The notes: generated from the letters alone by a model not told the origin. Counted from the stretch's first letter, positions 9,283 through 20,399 are shown. The stretch is 53,296 nt of DNA from a virus (IMGVR_UViG_3300049484_000358:1-53296), one strand, 5' to 3'. Numbers and translations are program-made.

Positions 9283-9450
9283 ATGAAAAAAGTAATAACC
9301 CTGCTGAATGATGCACTAGATGAATTGCGAAAAACGAAACCTGGCGACAGGTCTGATCGTGATCGTAAGTATGCTATTTGCATAACTCAGACAGAAATTT
9401 TAATTGCTATCATATCCGGTTTATTTTCAAAAGAGGTTATCAATGAATAA
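9283..9450 (+). CDS. Small helical protein (55 aa), not in ORF track
   Basis: MKKVITLLNDALDELRKTKPGDRSDRDRKYAICITQTEILIAIISGLFSKEVINE; overlaps the next start. Confidence 0.55.
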   Translation: MKKVITLLNDALDELRKTKPGDRSDRDRKYAICITQTEILIAIISGLFSKEVINE

Positions 9451-10135
9451 CACGATTTATTATGCATTTTTATGTGAACGTGCTGGAGCCGCCAATGACC
9501 AGTGTTTCAATGCAGCATTGGATGTCGCAGACCATTGCGGTTTAAATGGTTACAAACACATGCGGCTTGGGTACTCCAGAACTGATTATGCTCGCAATCA
9601 GTTTATGGCGTCATTTTTACAAAATTCAACTCGTGATAACGATTTATTAGTTATGCTTGATGGCGATCACAAACACCCTGCCGATATTGTAAGCAGGTTT
9701 GCGGCGCATGATCCACAAAAAGGTGTTGTTGGGGCATTGGCATATCGTCGCAGTGAACCTTACGATCCACTGTTTTTCTTACGTGTTAGCGGTGGTTTAC
9801 ATTCTTTAAGTGAATTCGAATTAGGCATTGTATATGCTTGTGCCATTGTTTCTACGTCAGCTATTTCTATTCGGCGGTGGGTTTTACTTGAACTGCTTCA
9901 AAAAGGTTGCACGCCACCGTGGTTTAGATACGAATATCCAGTGGATAAGTCTGAACCGTCGGAAGATATGTACTTTGGCCGAATCTGTGAACAATCTGGA
10001 ATTTGGCATTACTGTGACACATCCATTGTTATTCCACATTCAACACTTACAATGGTTGATAGTAGCGTCAATCAAGCATTTTTGCAGAGTCACCCAGAAC
10101 TTGTTTCTACAAAATCAATCGAGGTCACTGCATGA
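9443..10135 (+). CDS. GT-A fold (GT2-like) glycosyltransferase
   Basis: ARNQ, LVMLDGD (DxD), VVGAL, SEDMYF; RBS AAGAGG before ATG 9443. Confidence 0.8.
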   Translation: MNNTIYYAFLCERAGAANDQCFNAALDVADHCGLNGYKHMRLGYSRTDYARNQFMASFLQNSTRDNDLLVMLDGDHKHPADIVSRFAAHDPQKGVVGALAYRRSEPYDPLFFLRVSGGLHSLSEFELGIVYACAIVSTSAISIRRWVLLELLQKGCTPPWFRYEYPVDKSEPSEDMYFGRICEQSGIWHYCDTSIVIPHSTLTMVDSSVNQAFLQSHPELVSTKSIEVTA

Positions 10136-10977
10136 CAACGATATACGGAGATTATTCAAATTTACGTGACACTCGTGAAATATACTTGGATAGTGCACAA
10201 ATAGGTGATGATACCCTGCTGCTTTCTATGATTCAACAGGCATCTGTTGACATCGACAGCATTTCACATCGCCGATTTTATCCGGTACTCGAAACTCGAA
10301 AATTTGATGCTCCATATTATTCGTATGATCTGCAGTTAAATGATGAAATTTTAGATGTTGACTCTGTTATTAATGGTAACGGTGATTCTTTAACTGTTTC
10401 AGATTTGGTACTCGTACCATACAATACTCTAACGCACCGTGTAATACGTTTATTACCAACAATATCTACATGGATAAACGGTCCATCAGGATTTCCATAT
10501 GCGGCCATATCAGTTACTGGTACGTGGGTTCATGCAGCGGATTACACAACTGGTTGGATGAGTATAGATACTTTGGATGCAGGTTTATTGGTTGGTGCTG
10601 CATCATTTACTGCGTCTCCTGGCGTGTTTTTTGCTGGAATGATTTTAAAAATCGACAGCGAATTTATGTATGTGTCATCCGTGACGGTGGCAGTTCCTCC
10701 TGGGACTACCGTTGATACCGTTTATATTACTCGAGGTATCAACGGTAGTGTCGCCGCCGGTCACTTAATAACTACAGCGGTGTATAAATGGAACCCAGGC
10801 CGTGATATAACCCTGCTGGCCGCTTCTGCGGCGGTGGCCTATTATCACTTAAAATCCAACCCTTCTGGAAATTCATACACTCTTGACGGTGTAACTTTTG
10901 AAACACCAAAAGATGTAACAGAATTTATTCGTACTCGACTTGTTCAATTAAATCTTATTCGGTTAGGTGTAGGATGA
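10132..10977 (+). CDS. Head-tail adaptor
   Basis: DD.LL..I..AS..ID....R.FYP..ETR.FD, I.VTG.W; position. Confidence 0.7.
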   Translation: MTTIYGDYSNLRDTREIYLDSAQIGDDTLLLSMIQQASVDIDSISHRRFYPVLETRKFDAPYYSYDLQLNDEILDVDSVINGNGDSLTVSDLVLVPYNTLTHRVIRLLPTISTWINGPSGFPYAAISVTGTWVHAADYTTGWMSIDTLDAGLLVGAASFTASPGVFFAGMILKIDSEFMYVSSVTVAVPPGTTVDTVYITRGINGSVAAGHLITTAVYKWNPGRDITLLAASAAVAYYHLKSNPSGNSYTLDGVTFETPKDVTEFIRTRLVQLNLIRLGVG

Positions 10978-11447
10978 CAATTGCGACTATTCGATTACGA
11001 TTAGCTAGTCTTCAAGCCTCCATACCTGGTGTTATAAAAGCATATCCTCAGCTACCTCGTGGTATTGTAAAAACAAACGAAATGCCGTTATTTATGACGT
11101 TTGTTAGAGAAGCCGATTACGATTTGGACACTGTTGGTGATGGTGATTTTATTACCAATAGAACATATCTTATGTGGCTTTTAGTAAAACCTGTGGCTGA
11201 AGGTGAGGAGGGTGAAGGTGAATCATTAGCAGAACCTTGGGTTGAAACTGTGGCTAATTTCTTTTTAGCACGTCCATCGTTGGGAAATCTTACTGGAATA
11301 ATGAATTCCTATATGATAAAAGATTCGGGTCCCAAAAAATTAGTATGGCCCGGAACGCCAGCAAACCCAACTGGAGTATATTGGGGAGTTGAATTTCAGC
11401 TCCGTGTAGCTGAATTTACAAAACGCATTTATGCGAATAATGAGTGA
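10974..11447 (+). CDS. Tail terminator / neck protein
   Basis: Size and position immediately before the tail tube gene. Confidence 0.55.
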   Translation: MTIATIRLRLASLQASIPGVIKAYPQLPRGIVKTNEMPLFMTFVREADYDLDTVGDGDFITNRTYLMWLLVKPVAEGEEGEGESLAEPWVETVANFFLARPSLGNLTGIMNSYMIKDSGPKKLVWPGTPANPTGVYWGVEFQLRVAEFTKRIYANNE

Positions 11448-11455
11448 GGTAAAAC

Positions 11456-12286
11456 ATGGCCAATCCGTCTAGCATTAATTCAGGTGTTGGTTTTCGACAC
11501 TCTCAGATTCTTCGGCTCGATGCCAACGGCATTATTTATGCTACTGGTACAACGGCCTATGAGGGTATCGAAGTTACTGGTGGCAAGACTCTAACGATCA
11601 ATGATCCAGAGCCTCGCCAAATCGTCCACGTCGGTGATGATAGCATTTTCGCTCTCGACGTCCTACCTCCGGTTGAACCGATCTCCGGTGAACTCAGCGC
11701 AGGAAAAACGGCTAACGCTTTAGATGCCCTGCTGTCCAACGTGAATGAAGTAACCGTTGGTGAATCCCTGCTGTTCCCAATCGGTACTAACCGCCGTGGT
11801 GATGAAGCTACGGTGGCAATGCTCGCTTTCCGCCAAGCTCTTGACACAGATCCAGCCAGCGGTAATTACGGCAAACGTGTATGGCAGCTTCGGTTATTCC
11901 CCCGCTGCTATGTCATTCCCCGTGAGTCTGGTTTTGAAGACAACGCCGAGGAACGAATGTACACCATCCGGCCTCAGTTTGTCACCAAGTATCCTTGGGG
12001 CGTAACTCTTGCTCTGGCGACTGAAGGTGCTGTTCGCATTCAGGGCGCTCGTGGCATATCGGAATACAAACCGAAATTATTAGCGTGGGTTACAAACAAC
12101 ACCCAAACCCAGTTCACGTTCCCAACCAACTTCGCAGCGGCAACCACCGGAAAGATTAAAACCTGGTTGGTTAATACCACTGGTGTTGGTGCTGTAAGCA
12201 CTGCAACTACGTTGACAACCACGACTATTTCCTATTCCACGGCTCCGACAACCGGAACTTTGGTGGCCTGGTACGAAACGAACTAA
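11456..12286 (+). CDS. Major tail (tube) protein
   Basis: Position before chaperone and tape measure; codon style like the capsid gene; Thr-rich C-terminal extension. Confidence 0.7.
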   Translation: MANPSSINSGVGFRHSQILRLDANGIIYATGTTAYEGIEVTGGKTLTINDPEPRQIVHVGDDSIFALDVLPPVEPISGELSAGKTANALDALLSNVNEVTVGESLLFPIGTNRRGDEATVAMLAFRQALDTDPASGNYGKRVWQLRLFPRCYVIPRESGFEDNAEERMYTIRPQFVTKYPWGVTLALATEGAVRIQGARGISEYKPKLLAWVTNNTQTQFTFPTNFAAATTGKIKTWLVNTTGVGAVSTATTLTTTTISYSTAPTTGTLVAWYETN

Positions 12287-12312
12287 TTCAGATTGAGGGA
12301 GATTGGATAATT

Positions 12313-12690
12313 ATGGAGACCAAAGTTGTCTCATACAGAAAGAATGGCGAAGAAATCTATCGCCTGATTATTTCAGAAGAGACTGCAATATCTCGTTTGC
12401 GCCGCGGCAGTTTAAAACTCGATGCCGTAAAAAACGAGAGTACCGATCCTGATTTGCGTATTATGCATTTGGTATTTTATCCAGATTGCATTGCAGGTGT
12501 AATTGACTGGGGTTCAATGATAAAACCCACATTCGAAGAATTTGCACTGCTGCCTGGACAATTCGTCGATGATTGGGCCACTGCTGTTTGGGAATTAAAT
12601 CCTGATTGGCAACCACAGATTGATGCTGATGCAGTTAAAGAGGCTCTCGAAGAAGACGAAAAAAAACCATCGAACTCAACCAGCGATTAA
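12313..12690 (+). CDS. Tail assembly chaperone (gpG-like)
   Basis: Between tube and tape measure; ends with an A8 slippery run. Confidence 0.75.
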   Translation: METKVVSYRKNGEEIYRLIISEETAISRLRRGSLKLDAVKNESTDPDLRIMHLVFYPDCIAGVIDWGSMIKPTFEEFALLPGQFVDDWATAVWELNPDWQPQIDADAVKEALEEDEKKPSNSTSD

Positions 12691-12917
12691 TTAAAGTAGT
12701 AAAACCTGATGATACAATAGATGAAGAACGTAAACCTCTTCATATTAAAAATTTAGATGCTTCGTGGAGTAATTGGATAACATGGAGATTTTTTAATAAA
12801 TCGGTTTTACCTTTTAGCGGTGGTTTTATGGAACAGCCAACATGGATTATCGAAGATATGATGGTCATAGAAGCTGAGTACATTCGAGTTGAAAAGGAAT
12901 TAAATGCCAGAGAATGA
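12660..12917 (+). CDS. -1 frameshift extension of the tail chaperone (gpGT-like)
   Basis: A_AAA_AAA at 12660-12666; the -1 frame stays open to TGA 12915-12917 and encodes LPFSGGFMEQPTW. Confidence 0.75.
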   Translation, partial: KKTIELNQRLIKVVKPDDTIDEERKPLHIKNLDASWSNWITWRFFNKSVLPFSGGFMEQPTWIIEDMMVIEAEYIRVEKELNARE

Positions 12918-15786
12918 TGCAATCAGAGATTTAATAGCTCGATTGAAACTTATCGTTGATAAGGGATCAATCGACAATGCTTCAAAAGCATTTAACAATC
13001 TCGAAAATAACATCAATAATAACGCAAAAAATGCGTCTAAAGCATATGAAGTTTTATATCAGCAGTTAAAATTAATCCGAAGTGAAATTGAAGCTATTCA
13101 ACGACTGTCGAGGTCTTCGGCTGGTTTGGGTTCTGGATCGTCATCTCTTGCTTTAGGTTCTGGAAAAGGTTTAGTTGCACTATCAACATCGGTATCCGTA
13201 GTTCGACAATTATCCGCCGGACTATCTGATGCAAATGGAAAAGCTCTTGCACTATATTCAACATTAAGCAAGTATAGTAGTTTTGGTGGAAGAAATCAAC
13301 AGCAGCCTAAGCTTTTGGGTGGATTAGATCCAAATATAATTGAAGGTCAATTTAGAGATGTTACACCGTCCAAACAGTTGGGTAGTGGTCCAATGCAATC
13401 AGCAGCGGGATATAACGCGGCAGCGGCAGCGGCAACCAACGCTTCTCAAGCTTTTCAACAAGCTGCTGCGGCAGAGGCTCAGGCTTTCGATGTAGTTGGA
13501 CAGCATGCCGATTATGTTAGACAAATAGCGGAACAGCTGGGTATTTCGTTAGAAGAAGCATTAAATCACTGGCAAGAAATTACATCTATAAATGGTAGAA
13601 TAGGATACCAGTCGTCGACGGTTGCTCGTAACCAAGTCGCTGAGAGACTTGGCATACCAATGACTGGTGGATTTGGCGGCGCTGGTGACGGTGGTAATAT
13701 TCCTCGAGCAGCTAATGAAGTATCCGATTTAAATAGCGTACTCGGTAAAAATGCTACTACCACTAGAAAAGCTAATAAAGAATGGGCGTCATTTAGTGCG
13801 GCGTTTGCAGGTTTTCAATTGCGCTTTGTTGGTGAACAAATCAATCGATTCGGTTTACAAATTCTTACACCAATAGAACAATATGTAAAATATGCTGGAG
13901 CTGCTGAAAGTGAAAGCGCTAAGTGGGCAGATTCGCAAAAAGACATTGAAAAGTCTATGATGCGAATTGGTCGTTCATTGATTGATGAAGCTTTACCTGC
14001 AATCGAATTAGCAGCTAAATTTGTTGGAAACATAGCAGAAACTTTAGAAAAGAATCCGATTCTTGCGAAAGCTTTAGTTGGTTTAGCCGGTGGTTCTATT
14101 GCAATAGGCAGTTTATTGTCATTAGCCGGTACAGTTTTAACTGGTGTAGCTGCTCTAAAATATGTGTTACCCGCTTTATTTGGTGGTGGCGGTGCAGCTG
14201 CAGGTGGTGCAACGGCTATTGGTGCAACAGCAGCTACAACTGCAGCGGCTACCGCAGGTGGTGCCACTGCCACTAGTGCTATAGTCGGTATATTATTGCC
14301 AGTGTTAGCCGTTGCAGGTGTAACGGCCGCTATTGTCGGAATTGCTATTCTTGCATACAAAGGTTTAGCGGCAACTGATTTTGGTAAAAGTCGCAATATG
14401 AACGATGCTCCTGGACAAATCGCATCTATGGCAGCGGGTGGAGCAGGTGCAATATATGCAAAGATAACTGGTCAAGATCCCTATAAAGAGTCTGTAAAGT
14501 GGTTCTACGCCGTTGGTAGACTTACTGGTGTTGTTAAAGGATTAGGTACCGCAGCTGAAAAAACAACGGGTCAATTGGGTCCTTCGGAAGAAGCCGTTGG
14601 TTCCTACATCGAATATTTAAAAAGTGTTGCTGATGTAGAAAAACAGTACGAAAAACAACGGACCGATATTATAAAGGACTATGGAAAACAACGAGCAGAT
14701 CTCGAAGAACAGTACGCCGCTGATAGTGCAAAAATAAAAAATGATATTGCAAAAGAGCAACAAAGCATTACCGACGACGATAAAGATGCTCGTAAACAAC
14801 AACTTGATCGATTAGCGGAATTCCAGAAAAGTGAACGTCGAGCGTGGGAAGATTACTACAATGATCGTAGTAAATTAGCTCGTGATTATGGCATAGATAT
14901 ACAACGCGCTGAAGAAGATCATCAGCGTGAAATGCGTAATATGCTCATTGACCACAACTTTAAAGTTGAAGGTTTACTCGGTGAACAAGATGCTTTTGGC
15001 ATTCTCAGTGAAATGCAGTCATATGAAAAAGAACGTTCACGCGCCGAAGAAGAATACGCAGTAGAGTCATCTCGCAGATCCGAAGATTTTACCCTGCGGA
15101 TGAGTGATATGGAACGCGAGTTTGCATTAGAACGGGCTCGTAGGTTAGAAGACTTTTCCCAGCAGCAACAAGAAGCCGAAGTTCAACGCGTTGAAGCCAA
15201 AAAGAAACGGCTAGCAGAACTTGTTGATAAACAAAAAGAACTCGATGAACAGCATGCCGAAGATCTTAAAAAATTAAATGAAGATAAAGCGGAGCGGTTA
15301 GCCGAACTCGATAAAACACATGCCGAAGAAAAGCAGAAAATGTACGCCGATTATATGGATAAATTGCGTATGTTAGATGCAAGTTTATTGAATGAGAAAC
15401 AATTGCGTAATCAATATTATCAACAAATGTCCAAAGACTTGCAGTCATGGTTAGCTAGTATGGGTGGACAGTTTGCAACAAACCTGCCGGGTTACCCTGG
15501 AAAAGCTCTCGGTGGTTATGCTGATAATGGATTATACAATCTCGGTGAAAAAGGTTATGAATTTGTTCTTAATCACCAAACGACCAGAGCATTAGAAAAT
15601 TCACTTAGTGGTAACCTTACACAAGATCGAGTAATGGCTGCAATGTCCGGCGGTTCAGGTTCAATAACACTAAACCAAAACTTCCGATTCCATGGTTCTT
15701 TATCAGACAGCGAGCGGCAGTGGTTCCGTAATACCGCGTATTCTGAAGCTATGTCTGGATTGTCTAGCATATTGAGGGATCAATGA
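12904..15786 (+). CDS. Tape measure protein
   Basis: 960 aa; Ala/Gly-rich hydrophobic middle, long coiled coil, ALGG...LGEKG.E.VL near the C-terminus. Confidence 0.9.
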   Translation: MPENDAIRDLIARLKLIVDKGSIDNASKAFNNLENNINNNAKNASKAYEVLYQQLKLIRSEIEAIQRLSRSSAGLGSGSSSLALGSGKGLVALSTSVSVVRQLSAGLSDANGKALALYSTLSKYSSFGGRNQQQPKLLGGLDPNIIEGQFRDVTPSKQLGSGPMQSAAGYNAAAAAATNASQAFQQAAAAEAQAFDVVGQHADYVRQIAEQLGISLEEALNHWQEITSINGRIGYQSSTVARNQVAERLGIPMTGGFGGAGDGGNIPRAANEVSDLNSVLGKNATTTRKANKEWASFSAAFAGFQLRFVGEQINRFGLQILTPIEQYVKYAGAAESESAKWADSQKDIEKSMMRIGRSLIDEALPAIELAAKFVGNIAETLEKNPILAKALVGLAGGSIAIGSLLSLAGTVLTGVAALKYVLPALFGGGGAAAGGATAIGATAATTAAATAGGATATSAIVGILLPVLAVAGVTAAIVGIAILAYKGLAATDFGKSRNMNDAPGQIASMAAGGAGAIYAKITGQDPYKESVKWFYAVGRLTGVVKGLGTAAEKTTGQLGPSEEAVGSYIEYLKSVADVEKQYEKQRTDIIKDYGKQRADLEEQYAADSAKIKNDIAKEQQSITDDDKDARKQQLDRLAEFQKSERRAWEDYYNDRSKLARDYGIDIQRAEEDHQREMRNMLIDHNFKVEGLLGEQDAFGILSEMQSYEKERSRAEEEYAVESSRRSEDFTLRMSDMEREFALERARRLEDFSQQQQEAEVQRVEAKKKRLAELVDKQKELDEQHAEDLKKLNEDKAERLAELDKTHAEEKQKMYADYMDKLRMLDASLLNEKQLRNQYYQQMSKDLQSWLASMGGQFATNLPGYPGKALGGYADNGLYNLGEKGYEFVLNHQTTRALENSLSGNLTQDRVMAAMSGGSGSITLNQNFRFHGSLSDSERQWFRNTAYSEAMSGLSSILRDQ

Positions 15787-16169
15787 CAGCTGCATACGAA
15801 TATAAAATCGGAACTACATATGGTGGGTTGACAAATCTTGAAGATATGGCAACTCCAATACCTGCGCCAAAACATTCGTTAATCGAGTATTCTAAACCTA
15901 CTATACTTGGCGATACAACAGTTAGAGGACTTGGTTGGCGAAGAACTACCTGGCATTGGGACTTTTTAACTCAAGCGCAGTACACTGCACTTCGCGTATT
16001 ATGTGCGGCGCTAAGTTCATTTGTTTACATAAACACCCGTAAAAATGATGGATCATATCAAGTGTACACTGCAACTATGATATGGCCAGCCAATGAACCG
16101 GAATTTGTAAACAACAAGTTGCTCGACATTGATGTAGAGTTTAGAGCTCTGTTGGAGTACACTCCATGA
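15783..16169 (+). CDS. Distal tail-like protein
   Basis: Small gene coupled after the tape measure. Confidence 0.55.
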   Translation: MTAAYEYKIGTTYGGLTNLEDMATPIPAPKHSLIEYSKPTILGDTTVRGLGWRRTTWHWDFLTQAQYTALRVLCAALSSFVYINTRKNDGSYQVYTATMIWPANEPEFVNNKLLDIDVEFRALLEYTP

Positions 16170-19078
16170 GTCTTGTACGCGCTGCAACTGCTGGTGAATT
16201 AGTAAAACTTCGATCAAACGATCAGTGGTCAAAGTTATACGTTGCTATCCACAAACCAGCAGTTGTAATGTCCGCCAGAGTAAACCAGTCATTTACCACT
16301 ACAGATGATGTAACACAAATAATCTTTGATACCTCTTCTCCATTAAATTCGTATTTAAACGTTATTGGAGGAATGACTCTCTACGTAGGTACAACTGCTG
16401 GGGCATATGATTTGGGCATGGTTCGAATTCGCAAGGCAGCAACATCCACCGTTCTGTATATCGGTAGAACTAGTGATATTAAATGGTCAGATGATTTATA
16501 TTTAACTGTTGTTGATGAATTTTCTCTTTGGCAAAAACATTGGTTGGTTGATAGCGAAACAGCAGTGTATATGGATTATGATATTCCATATGGAAACCAA
16601 AATATTTTATTTGATCCGATTCCGGTTTTGGGTCCCGATGCCGTATTATGGTTGACTGGTGCAACAGTGGTGTTTAGTCCAACTGCTGCAGACAGTTGGG
16701 TATTCGATTCAACAATAACCGGGTATTCTTGGGCGGCGCCTGGTGCAAGTGCTACTGCAAATTTAACTACTGCAACACCAACTATAACCTACAATACCAC
16801 AGGTCAATATCGTATTTCATGTACAGTAACCGCTGCTAATGGTAAAACATTTACTGGTTATCGAACGGTATTTGTTTTTAGCACGAGTTCTATGCCACTA
16901 TTAGCAGTTGTTGATAACTGCACTGGAGACTATGATGCAGGTGGTTGGGCATTCACGCTGTCGGCCTATGAAAATTCCGCCTTATCTGACATCAGAGACG
17001 GTACAAAAGTTATACTCTTTGCAAGAGATTTTTATAACGCTGCTGAGGGATCGATTGGCCCGCAGACGGGATACGAAAATATCATTTGCAGTGGTTGGAT
17101 CGACGGCGAATCTATCGATTATAACGCTGAACAAGGACGAATTCGATTCACTGCAAAAGGTCCACAATCTAGATTAAATACAGAGATGACTTTTCCAGGT
17201 GGTTTACGGCAGTCTAGTGAGTTCAGTTGGTTATACACCGCTGCATTAACAGCGGATAAAGCCATAATGAATATACTGCACTGGCACAGTACATTTACCG
17301 CTATTGCAGATTATTATAAATCTGGTGATACACGACAAGCTGCAGGGTTTACGCCACCTCTCGGTACCTTATGGAATCAAATAACATACATTGCGAATAG
17401 ACTAGTTGCTAAACCTGTTTGCAATCGATACGGTCAATTCATTATGCAACCAGACCTGCAGGTATTACCGATTGCTAGCAGGTCAACTATTCCAATAGTT
17501 ATGTCCGTGGCAAAAGGCGATTGGGATAATAATGGTATAAACATCGAACGTCGAATAATTCCACAAACCTCAATGATTGAAATTAGTGGAACAGGGGACA
17601 CTGAAGCCGAAATATATTTCAGTCGAGCTCCTGGTAAAATATTCAAACGTTTTGGAAAACAAGAAACTCGCGATCAATTACTGCTGGCCGATCAAACAGA
17701 CGCCAATTTAACAGCAAAACTGCTGTATGCACAATCCAATAACGTGTATCCAAATGTAAATATTGATCTGGCTATGAACAACAGATTGATCGACATTTGT
17801 CCATATCAATATATTGATTTATCGATTGCATCTACTGATACAGTGCGTGGCATTACGTGGACGAATAAAAAACTTATTCCACGAAAAGTTACATACAAAT
17901 TTTCACCGGTTGATAATTCAATAATTACTGCTGTTGAATGCGAAGCAGAAACCACCGGCGATATGGATCCCGAAGGTCAAACTGTGATACCACCGACTTT
18001 GGGTAGAATAAATGTACCGAGCACTCCACCATTACCTGATTTTCCAACTACTCCATATGGAAGTCCATGGTATCCTGTTCCACCACCCGTAATTCCTCAA
18101 GATCCTGGTGTTCCGGATACTGGAGCATGTCCACTAGACACTCCACCTAATGGTCCATTTGGAATGTACATGAGTGGTGTTTTAGTCAATAACCGAACGA
18201 TGAGTTTATTTGGAATGATGGGGCGTCCGGTATATATTTCAAGATCTGCATCTGCCGATTATTTAACTACCGTCGTTCTCAACTGCTTGTTTGAAGAATT
18301 AACCGACAAATGGAATGAGGTTAGTGGCAGCGGTTGGGTTGAAGCGTATTTAATAAACCCCGCTGGTACACGAGTTGTTCAAGGTACAATTACTGGTAGT
18401 GGAAGACAACGGACAATTGAATTTGCGCCAATAACAAATATTCAATTTAGTGCATTTGAATTGATATTTAACAGTTCATATTACCCCGCTGCATTAACTG
18501 CTTCTAGTGTAGTTAACGATGCAGCATTTACATTCCATAATCCATTTGAAAACCCTACAGTTGTATCTGATGTTCGTACACTAGTAAACGATAGTGATGG
18601 TGCTCTACATTGGACGGCTGATGTTTCATGGACATCCGCGTATCCGTTTGATGGATACTATTATAAAACATCATTCAATCCACCGGCAGGATTTTTTACG
18701 CAGAATGGCGGTAATAATCAACCTGTCGAGGTATATGGAAGAATTACAACGCAAGCAGGCCAAGTTAATGCAGTTGGTATAGGTGTGTATGGTGGATTAT
18801 ATTATAATGATTCTGGCATACTCGTAGATTTTACACCAGGAATTAAAGGTGCTAGCGCGTATTTTCCAGGTTATGCCGCTGATACAACTGTAGATTTAAC
18901 CAGAGCTCCATATACCTCCCATAAGGGTGTTGGTTACTCATTAGGATTTGAGGTTGCTGTCGGTACAACGCACTCAGTACAAACGTTAACAACCCATACA
19001 GAAATGTGGATTAGACAGGTTTCAAGCAAACGAGTAACTGTTACATCTGCTGCAATATACAATTTGTGCACGGTATAA
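16166..19078 (+). CDS. Tail tip/hub protein with PKD/Ig-like domain and Pro-rich linker
   Basis: TITGYSW...PTITY.T.G.Y.I.CTVT PKD-like motif; 970 aa. Confidence 0.7.
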   Translation: MSLVRAATAGELVKLRSNDQWSKLYVAIHKPAVVMSARVNQSFTTTDDVTQIIFDTSSPLNSYLNVIGGMTLYVGTTAGAYDLGMVRIRKAATSTVLYIGRTSDIKWSDDLYLTVVDEFSLWQKHWLVDSETAVYMDYDIPYGNQNILFDPIPVLGPDAVLWLTGATVVFSPTAADSWVFDSTITGYSWAAPGASATANLTTATPTITYNTTGQYRISCTVTAANGKTFTGYRTVFVFSTSSMPLLAVVDNCTGDYDAGGWAFTLSAYENSALSDIRDGTKVILFARDFYNAAEGSIGPQTGYENIICSGWIDGESIDYNAEQGRIRFTAKGPQSRLNTEMTFPGGLRQSSEFSWLYTAALTADKAIMNILHWHSTFTAIADYYKSGDTRQAAGFTPPLGTLWNQITYIANRLVAKPVCNRYGQFIMQPDLQVLPIASRSTIPIVMSVAKGDWDNNGINIERRIIPQTSMIEISGTGDTEAEIYFSRAPGKIFKRFGKQETRDQLLLADQTDANLTAKLLYAQSNNVYPNVNIDLAMNNRLIDICPYQYIDLSIASTDTVRGITWTNKKLIPRKVTYKFSPVDNSIITAVECEAETTGDMDPEGQTVIPPTLGRINVPSTPPLPDFPTTPYGSPWYPVPPPVIPQDPGVPDTGACPLDTPPNGPFGMYMSGVLVNNRTMSLFGMMGRPVYISRSASADYLTTVVLNCLFEELTDKWNEVSGSGWVEAYLINPAGTRVVQGTITGSGRQRTIEFAPITNIQFSAFELIFNSSYYPAALTASSVVNDAAFTFHNPFENPTVVSDVRTLVNDSDGALHWTADVSWTSAYPFDGYYYKTSFNPPAGFFTQNGGNNQPVEVYGRITTQAGQVNAVGIGVYGGLYYNDSGILVDFTPGIKGASAYFPGYAADTTVDLTRAPYTSHKGVGYSLGFEVAVGTTHSVQTLTTHTEMWIRQVSSKRVTVTSAAIYNLCTV

Positions 19079-19079
19079 T

Positions 19080-20399
19080 ATGAACACACCACAAGTACGC
19101 CGCAAACTACAAAAATCATTTGATCGTAAGCAGGATAAATATCCCGCTATTCCTGGTGTTCTTGGAAATGCCGACGGTATAGTCGAAGTTCCTGGTATTC
19201 CGACAAATGTTTACGTTACAATATCGGATAACGTAATTATTGTTTATGCTAGATCATCAATTCAACGAATACCAGGTTTACCGGTTTTGGTGGGTTATGA
19301 CCAAGATCAACCGACGTTTATGCAGGTTTTAACTGTTCGTCAAACGGATGTTGAATTGGTTTATTATGATAACAACGTTAGTAATCACCATACCCAACAT
19401 GAATGGCCGGAATACGATACGGTATATACAAATATTCGGCAGATATTACCACTGCGTATAAGCACGTCATCGGCATTTAATGTTTCAATTTATCCGGGCG
19501 TTGTTTGGTGCGACAACACATTGCTAATCATTGCCACAGCTACTTTTGATCTATCGGCACAAGTACCAATAACCACCAACAAAGCGCGTCTTGTGTGGTT
19601 TACAATAAACACCGCTGGTACAATTGTGCAAACAAATGGTGCCGAAGTAGATACCGAAGATTTAGATAATACTGTATTACCAACTTTTCCAACTGATACG
19701 CAGTTTATAATTGGAGCCGTAAGGCTTTTTTACGGACAGCAGGTGTTGAGCGACGCAATTACTGGTACCGATATACTTGATCTGCGGATGCCTATGTGGC
19801 ACACCCATAACTTGGCTCTTATTGGAATACACAGCAATGGTTTTCGTTTAACTAGTAGTGGTACATCATGGGATGACATGCGTATTGCAGGTTCATCAAT
19901 ACGCTCAGGTGTAACAGCCCCTACTCTTGGAACCTTTGGACCCAGCGGTAGTTTACGGGTATGGCGTTTTGAAAGTGGTAAACATCAAGAGTGCGAATTT
20001 GAAATTCAAATGCCTCACAATTGGAAAGAGGGTAGTCGTATATACCCGCATGTTCATTGGACACCTGTAAGTGCAACAGCAGGTAATGTTGTGTGGGAAT
20101 TGGAATACTCGTGGGCAAACATTGGTGGTACATTTGGTGCACCTGGTAACATGGCAAATACGGCACAAGCCGCGGGTGGAACAGCATGGGTACATAAACT
20201 TGCACCCCTGCTGGAGGGCGGTAATGACTACATCGACGGAACAGGCAAAACAATTTCGTCAATGTTAGTAATGCGGTTACATCGTAATGCCGGTAGTGGT
20301 GGTGATACTCTTGCAGCGGATGTCGCGCTGCTGGAGTTTGACATTCATTACGAAATTGATTCATTTGGTAGTGATTTGCCGACACAAAAAACAGCCTAG
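19080..20399 (+). CDS. Minor tail protein
   Basis: C-terminal WDD.R...QMPH.WKEGS.I.PHVHW beta-sandwich typical of virion proteins. Confidence 0.6.
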   Translation: MNTPQVRRKLQKSFDRKQDKYPAIPGVLGNADGIVEVPGIPTNVYVTISDNVIIVYARSSIQRIPGLPVLVGYDQDQPTFMQVLTVRQTDVELVYYDNNVSNHHTQHEWPEYDTVYTNIRQILPLRISTSSAFNVSIYPGVVWCDNTLLIIATATFDLSAQVPITTNKARLVWFTINTAGTIVQTNGAEVDTEDLDNTVLPTFPTDTQFIIGAVRLFYGQQVLSDAITGTDILDLRMPMWHTHNLALIGIHSNGFRLTSSGTSWDDMRIAGSSIRSGVTAPTLGTFGPSGSLRVWRFESGKHQECEFEIQMPHNWKEGSRIYPHVHWTPVSATAGNVVWELEYSWANIGGTFGAPGNMANTAQAAGGTAWVHKLAPLLEGGNDYIDGTGKTISSMLVMRLHRNAGSGGDTLAADVALLEFDIHYEIDSFGSDLPTQKTA

